64,000 nt of DNA from the human T2T-CHM13v2.0 reference genome, Homo sapiens: the NCBI RefSeq assembly GCF_009914755.1, contig NC_060925.1; one strand, 5' to 3'. Shown piece after piece: positions 56,628 to 64,000 of this stretch. The notes under the pieces are model-generated. The model ran no database searches. It was not told the origin of the DNA and saw only the letters and a list, made by a program, of their open reading frames with translations. A program made the position numbers and the translations under genes. Each line of letters opens with the position of its first letter. Position 1 is the first letter of the stretch.

Positions 56628-56844
56628 TAAGAAGTTAGGGGTGAAATCCAGCACATGGAACAGCATATACATCCCACAGTACTAATGGAGGCCAGAGGGC
56701 ATGTGGCTTTGGGTGGGAGGAGTGTCAAGATCTCTATGGTTCCTGCGTAGGCAGTCTTCTCTGTGTTGGCTAACTATAGTCTGAGAACTATTCACCTCAG
56801 TAAACACTGGTCAAGTGCCTAACTGCATCCAAAGTACTGTGGGA

Positions 56845-57125
56845 GACAATACAGTGTAGCCATTAAGAAAACGAATTCTGGAATCAGGTAGGCCTGGGTT
56901 TGTGTTCGGACTCTTTCACCCATTCCCTGTGTGACCTGCGAATATCTGTTGGCTGTAATTATTATAATCTTGGTGCACCTCAATTTCCTCATCTACAAAA
57001 TGGACATAAGAACTATATGTACCTCAAAGAGTTGCTGTGAGAGTTAAATGAAATCATGCAAGTATGATGTTTTGTATAATACCTTATACATAGTAAGTGT
57101 GCAATAAATACTAGTCATTGTTATT
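56845..57125 (+). mobile_element. MIR
   Basis: Contains cctcaatttcctcatctacaaaatgg...gttgctgtgagagttaaatga. Confidence 0.75.
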
Positions 57126-57878
57126 CCTAGAAGCTTCCCCAAATTATTTTAAAAAGAAGGCACCTAGATCTAAATGACAGTCCATGTAACAAAGAAAACC
57201 CTTACTTGAGCAATTTCAGTGAAGGCCATTTTTCAACAATGCTCACTCACTTCCCTCCACTCTGGGTCCCAGTCATGTATAAAACACTCTGCTTTGTGTT
57301 GACTAAGCTCCACAGTGACATTCCAAGGAGTTCTGGTGTCCCTCCAAATATTCTAGGCTGCCCTTTTAACCTGATACTGATACCCTGTCCACTCTACTGT
57401 TTAAGGGGCTATTTAAAAATTTGGCTTTGTAAAACAGGGAGCAAGGCAGAAAGCCTTCAAAGCTTTAGCAGTTGGCGTGGCAAGGAACAGAAAAGCAGCA
57501 TTTTACAGTATCAAATACCAGAAGTAGCCCTCATAACCACTAACTTTGTAGTGCTCTTCCTTCACTGTGGCGAAGTGCTGAGCATGTTACATGCATTACA
57601 TTACTGAAACCAAGGCCCTGTGACGTTCCAGTGAGTCCAAGGTGCTAGCTGGTGTGAGTACAGCTGTGGGCTCTAATCTATGCTTTGCTTCAAAGTCCAC
57701 GCATGCAAATCCTGGGCAACTCCCTGAGTTTCCAAGGCAACTCAGCCAACTCATCCAGAGGTAACTAGCTTCCAATAACTGTATAAGCTCACTCCCATCA
57801 TTTGGTAGGTTGGTAGGTCAATCAGTTCAATTTATTTTTATTTTTATTTATTTTTTGCTTTCTCTGATATTTGACCAA

Positions 57879-57897
57879 CCACGACACCTAGTGGCCA
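57879..57897 (-). promoter_or_regulatory. Candidate CTCF motif TGGCCACTAGGTGTCGTGG
   Basis: Close visual match to the CTCF core CCASYAGRKGGCR; binding not shown. Confidence 0.5.
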
Positions 57898-60429
57898 GTG
57901 GAGCACAAACATGGGTTGCCCGAAAAGGCTGATGGACGGGTGATGTGTGTCTTTAGCTTTAAGACACACGTTGCTCATGACCAGGAAAAACCTGATGGAT
58001 CGTGTTCAAGGCAAAGAAACCAAGGCACAGAGAAATGAAGCGACTTGCCTAAAGTCAAAGCTAATGTAGAACTGTGTGGAAATACTGAACCTTAGTGTTA
58101 GAACTCGTATTCTGATTCAGACTTGGCCTAAATTTGATCCTCAGCAAGATACTTTCTTCAGTTATTCAACAAACATTGACTGGGCACCTCCTGAGTAAGG
58201 CACTGTGCCAGATGCCGGGGACATGACAGTAAGCAAGGAGGACACGTCTCGATCCTTGCAGTCAAATAGGAGGGGAAGATAAACAGAGAATCCACAATAA
58301 CAATACCAGCTAATATGTATTAAGGACTCTGCTTCAAGAGTTTCATGTACACCAACTCGCTTCATCCTTGACTTGAAACAATCCTATAATGGGGGTGCGA
58401 TTATTATTCTTGCTTTGAAAATGTGCAGGAGAACATTTAAGTTGTGGGTAACAAACAGGGCTCCTATGCCTTTCTAGGTCTAAGTTTCTGAAATAAAGTT
58501 GTGCTAGATACTGGAAGATTTCTAAGACCTCTTTCCAGATCAGTTTCCCTTCACTTCTAGGATTCTGGGGTAAAGCTGGGATTAGACCTTGGTCGGTTTT
58601 CCTGACCAAGAGTCTAGTGTTCCCTCTCTATACACTGTGCTGGTCAATATTTATGAATAACAGCTGGAAGTTATTGAATGCTTACTCTGTGCCACGCCCT
58701 GAATTTCTCAGTTCAGGCAATCTTCTTCACAACCTATGAGACAGCTTTAAGATACAAATAATAACTGAGTGAAAAATCATGCTCTAAAATAGTTTAAAAG
58801 ATTTCCAAGATAAACAGAGAGGCTTCCAACCTCACTCAGCTGTAGCATCCTGAATCTCTGTTCTGTCTGATTTTGTTGAATGGTGGATTTAAACCTTATG
58901 TATTGGTGTCCTCAGGCTCTCATGAAGGGAATGGATAATGGGTCCAGGCAAATGGTTCAATGATGAGTTACTGTCTAGGGAAACAGGGGGCATCTTGTTC
59001 AATAACAACATTGCTTTGGGGTAATTCTGGGTCCCTAGAAGTATCTACAAAGCCTGCAAGGTCAAGTGCAGGTCGACTTGGCTCTTTGGTTTTATGATTC
59101 CAAATAAATAAAACACATTTCCAACAGTTCAGCAGGGTATATCCGAGATCGGCAAACTCTCCAACGAGGTATTCCCGTTAACCCTTAGTCCCTTACCCTC
59201 CCTGAGGGTATGTGCACACCATCCGCTTTCTGTCGGGTGAGGGAGGGTGCAGGGAGAGAGGCAGGGGCAATCAGGAAAACTCTCTCAGTGATCCTGCAAA
59301 TGGGAAATGGGGACATTGAGTTTAATCACGGCTCCACTCCAGGACCAAAGAAAGCAACTCCTGCCACCTGCAGTCAGACCACTCTCTCCCACACCCAGGA
59401 AAGCAGACCCAGTGGGACCTAGAGCTTCCCAGGTCTTGTAAGACTCTGGCCTCTTTGTTCAGGGCCTCCAGAATGATACTCCAGTGGGTCTTGGTGAGAA
59501 CATACATTAGATATGCTGCAATGTTTAGCCTAGAATGCTCTGCTAGCTTTTCCAAATGGCAAGCTCTCACTGAACTTTCTAGGGCTACAGATCAATACCT
59601 TCTTTTGCCTGACCACCACCACCGCCCCCAACCCAAGGCTGTCCACAGTAGGAACTGCCACATTTGCCCAGTACCTAACACAAGATTGTAATCACTGACT
59701 TGTTTATCTGCCTACCCCATGGACTTGAAACATCTCTAAAAGATGAAGTGGGGTGGCTTAACCATCCTTACGTACTCAGTACCTAGCTAGCACAGCCTCT
59801 GGATTGAGGAGGTGCTGATTCCCAAAGAGCTGGAAAGGAAGGCAAGGAACTGTAAGGCTAGAAGAGGCTTAAGAGGTCATCTCATTTATAATCCTGCCCA
59901 ATACAGGATTTCCCTCAAAATACAAGAAATTATTTTGAGGGAAAATAATACAAAAAGTAAAGAAAAACAAGAGAAAAGTTTAAAAGAGTATGTATTTATG
60001 TACATATATACCTTCTACATGCATACATACATATATGGCATCCTTCTACTGGAATGGGGTATGTGGTGGTAAAGACGCAGAGTAAGATTCACTCAGATTT
60101 TTGAGCATTAGCGTTTATCTCTTTTTAAAGTTTTTTTCCCTAATTTTTTTCCCCTAATTTTTCACAAAATACATGCAATTTAGTGAAAAATTTGTAAAAT
60201 ATAATTAAAGTGAACAGAAGGTAAAAGTTAACATGCTGTTATATTTCCTTCTAATATTTTCTTGGGAGTTTTTGTTCTTCCTTTTTTAAAAAATCAAAGG
60301 AAACCTTGATCAGATTGAGTTTTTAAGGTAGTCTAAATTATACTCTGCTGCACAACTTTATATTTTGCTCCGTTCTAGCAAAAGCATTTCCCTATGTGAT
60401 TATAAAGTCTTTATAAGCATCATGTTTTA

Positions 60430-60534
60430 ACTTTTATTTTGATATAAGTTCAGACTTAGAGAATAGTCGCAAAGCACCCAGATTTGGGTTCCTCAAATGT
60501 AAACATTTTACTATATTTAACACCCTACCCTCCC

Positions 60535-60576
<42 letters not shown>

Positions 60577-60975
60577 CAATATGAAGTTTTACTCCTAAAT
60601 ATTTCAGTGTATACTTCCTATGAATAAGAATAAGGAATTCTCATATATAACCACACCAATTAGTCAAATCAGGAAATTAACTCTGATATTTTACTATTAT
60701 CTGATCTACAACCTTATTCAGATTTTGGTGATTATCCCAATAATGTCCTTTACAGGAAAAGAAAATACAAAATTATACATTATGTTCAACTGTCATGTCT
60801 CTTTAGTCTTCTTGACTCTGGCATGCTTCCTGAGTATGTCTTGGTTTTTAATGTTATTAATATTTAAGAGTAAGTGCTGGTTATTTTGTGGAATGTCCCT
60901 CAATTTGGGTTTGCACATGTTTTTTCCTGATTCGATGCAGGTTATGCACGTTTGGTAGGGATACCACAGAAATAA
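60430..60975 (-). mobile_element. Old L1M fragment containing a (GA)n tract
   Basis: Contains ttactcctaaatatttcagtgtatacttccta...tgtcatgtctctttagtc...ttttgtggaatgtccctcaatttgggttt. Confidence 0.65.
60537..60574. repeat. (GA)n microsatellite
   Basis: Directly visible. Confidence 0.97.
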
Positions 60976-60986
60976 ATATCCATCAC

Positions 60987-61128
60987 TTTTTTTTTTTTTG
61001 GTAAGAGACAGGGTCTCACTCTGTCACCCAAGTTAGAGTGCAGTGGTGCAATCACATAGCTCTACAGCCTCAAACTCCTGGGCTCAAACAACCCTCCTGC
61101 CTCAGCCTCCAGGGTAGCTGGGACTACA
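60987..61128 (-). mobile_element. AluJ right-arm fragment
   Basis: Poly-T followed by gagacagggtctcactctgtcaccca...gtagctgggactaca. Confidence 0.88.
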
Positions 61129-63552
61129 AATTCCATTTTACACAAGCATGTCCTTATTAGAGAATTTTAGGTTGTTTTTATAATTTTGCTATAATTCCAA
61201 ATCCACCCCCCTCCCACCCTATGAATTACTGATTGGCTTTCCACCATTAATTTTTATATTAATAATTTATCCATTTAAAAGAATATGTTAAGATTGTTAC
61301 TATATTAACAACTTTTGTCTAAGAAGCTCTGTCAATTTGCAGTCTAACAAAGGATGGAGTGTGAACTCCATGTCAGGCTAACAAGCCTTGAGCACTGACA
61401 TGCTAGTATTGCACTGCTGTTTTAGTGGCTTTCACCTTAAATTGTGGTTATAAACGGCATTGCTCCTGTCATGCCTCTGAATATATTCCTTTGTTTGTTT
61501 GCTTTCTCATTCGTTCACTCCTTCACATTCACTCAGTAAATACTGAGTGTATATTCTGGGCCAGTAGTTTAGGTGTGAGATCAAGGTCTCAAGTAAAGAA
61601 ATAAACAAGAAAATATGGATTGTGGTAAGGGATATGAAATACACAGGCTGGTGCAACAATGAGTACCTGGAGGCAGTGCTCCAGGTAGACAGGGAATAGT
61701 CTGGTGCGTAGAGAAAGACAAATGAGCCAGTGAGCTGCAGCTGGGGGACCAGGAGAAAGAGGTGGGGCATCTCTTGGCATTTACCATAAAATTCTATCAA
61801 AATGTCTCCAAAACATTGCTCTTACTAAAAATACGAACCCTTATTCTGACCTATCCCAAGTACCCACTTCCAAAGCCTACCCTTCTCCTCTGTCTGTCCT
61901 AGTCAGCAGAGTCTAAACTTCAGCGTATTATAATTTGTGAATAATAATGAAAGCCTGAAAATGCTCTGAAATTAGAGGGAACTTAGATACCATCCTGATG
62001 TTGCTCAGCATTGCAATTACCTGACTTTGAGGGACCATTAATGAATGAGACTGTCTCAACACTAGATTAATGGCCACTTTCAACAGTGGAAAGGGAACAG
62101 ATGTCCAAGAAGACAGAAAGGTACTAACAGCTGTGTGTATATGCGTGTGTGTATATGTGTGTGTGTTCTCCTTCAATAACCGGGGTGGTGGCTATGGCCA
62201 CAAGCAAGGAAGATGGGTGTTCATGCAAAAACAATCAATCTGCTTGTGCTTTGGAGTTACTCTGGTCTAGCAGAAACTGCAGCTCCCCAGGGCTCACTAT
62301 CACCTCTGGACTTTGTCAGAGTGAGTCAAGTAGCAAGAACACAGAGGAATCGTCCAGGAACTAGACCTGGGAAAAATATATCCGTCTTTCTCCAAACAAA
62401 GCCTGTTTGGTATTTCAGGCAATTAGTTTCCAAACACTTGGGTCAAAAAGCAACAGATTATATTGTCAAAAAATTATTTCCTTGCATGAGATGAAAAATT
62501 AGACAAAATATATAAGAATACATAAAAATTAAAGTAGACAAAATATATAAGAATATTATCAATAGTCATTAGATGCCCCTGTCAAGCACTGAAAAAATAA
62601 CTTATAATAATCTATAAAATGTATGCACACTCTTTTCTTTTCACATCCTTCTAAGGGAAACAGCCCCCAGTAGGCGATTAAGCTGATGCACGAGTAACGA
62701 TCTCTTAACAATGCCATGCCATCAAATACTGAAGTACAGTTCAGTGTTTCTAAGAGCAGAGAAAGAAAAAAAACATTAAAATTATTACTAATATAAACAC
62801 TATGATTGTATATTGCACTTGAGGGATGAAGATCTAGAACAATGAAGATGATAAACATATTTACCTACAGACAAAAGATGGTAGATAAGATTTTTATTAT
62901 AAAGGCTTTGTTTATAAAGGGAACACATTAGAAGCTAAGTAATTGGGTCAGATTTGGTAATTAAAAGCAGCTGAATAATCAACAAACGCTTAACAAAGGT
63001 GTTAGAACAAGATCATATTTTAACAGAAGATGAAATACATAGAAAGGTTTGTATATTTCAACCCTTATTCTTCTGCCTGTTTTGCATTTTTCTTTTAAAA
63101 ATACACAAAAAGTATAGGAAGCAGTAGTGAAATAACTACTACCTAGTCAACCTGTGACTGAATCTGGCAGTTGTTAGTAGCAGGTGTAAATGAAACGATG
63201 CGAATAAACTAGCAGGACTAAATCAAAAAGATTTCAATGTGGGTGACATAGCTAAAGTCTATAATTTAGGATCTCTAATACATATCCAGTTTGTGGTTGA
63301 AAATTCCTGCTTTCTAGTGGGCTTTACGTCTGCCACAACCCCAAGGAGTGAAAGGAAACTCAAGACTAACAATGATTTGTTGTAACTAGACGTAGTGGTG
63401 AAAATCTGGCCAAAAAAAAGTCCACTATAAATGTAACAGCTGTGAGCCTTAAGCCTGGTGGCATTTAAACCATTTTATTCTTTATAGCTATAAGAGTATT
63501 CAACCCTAAGTTTACAATAATATCTCAAGGCAAAAACTCAAACAAAACAAGG

Positions 63553-63555
63553 CAC

Positions 63556-63591
<36 letters not shown>
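63553..63591. repeat. (CA)n microsatellite
   Basis: Directly visible. Confidence 0.97.
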
Positions 63592-63593
<2 letters not shown>

Positions 63594-63720
63594 CTAAACA
63601 ATGCCCTCATAGACAAGCCCCTTTCAAAGTCCCACCTAATTACAGGCTGACAATCTTTCCAAATTATCAATCAGAACAATAAAAATGCCCTTGAGGGCTC
63701 ATTTTAAACAATTCTCTGGT

Positions 63721-63739
63721 CCTCCTCTAGGGGGCGAAG
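63721..63739 (+). promoter_or_regulatory. Candidate CTCF motif CCTCCTCTAGGGGGCGAAG
   Basis: Core CCTCTAGGGGGCG at 63724-63736 in a locally CpG-richer patch; binding not shown. Confidence 0.55.
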
Positions 63740-64000
63740 TTGGCTCGCATTTCACCGAAAGGGGAAATTATTTTCAAACCCTGATTTTCGCACAGTGCTA
63801 GAAAGATATTCACATACAAAGGGGTCTTTTCCGCGCTCCTGCTTCTTCTCAATACATTTCACTTCGGCTGATGAGCAAAGCAGCCCAGCCCTTCGGCACA
63901 GTAAGAGGGAGGGAATGTGATTACGGCGGAGCATAAGCAGGGCTTAATCAGCACAACCCTGAAGGCCGGCCAGCTCATTCTCCTCAAACTTGAGATCACA

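Overview
Primate (very probably human) genomic DNA holding the 3' part of GNG12 (G-protein gamma-12) on the minus strand. The whole 72-aa CDS lies in two exons, 5111-5203 and 2969-3094, and ends in the CAAX box CIIL. A 3'UTR of at least 2.97 kb runs off the left edge. Everything from 5230 to 64000 reads as one large 5'UTR intron, with the upstream non-coding exons and promoter outside the window. That intron is ordinary repeat-rich sequence: about 15 Alu pieces, MIR/L2/L1M fragments, MaLR and ERV solo LTRs, hAT and Tigger MITEs, microsatellites and a 380-bp AT-rich tandem array. Nearly all entries in the ORF track are spurious. I found no convincing new gene or multi-component system. The best leads are regulatory: an antisense Alu whose left arm looks like a cassette exon carrying three uORFs, a sense-oriented solo LTR upstream of the complete CDS, proximal poly(A) signals that would remove miR-183/miR-200-family seed sites, an AP-1/TEAD motif cluster, and a divergent CTCF motif pair. 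Repeat subfamily names come from recalled consensus sequences and need RepeatMasker/Dfam confirmation. Boundaries of old repeats are approximate.
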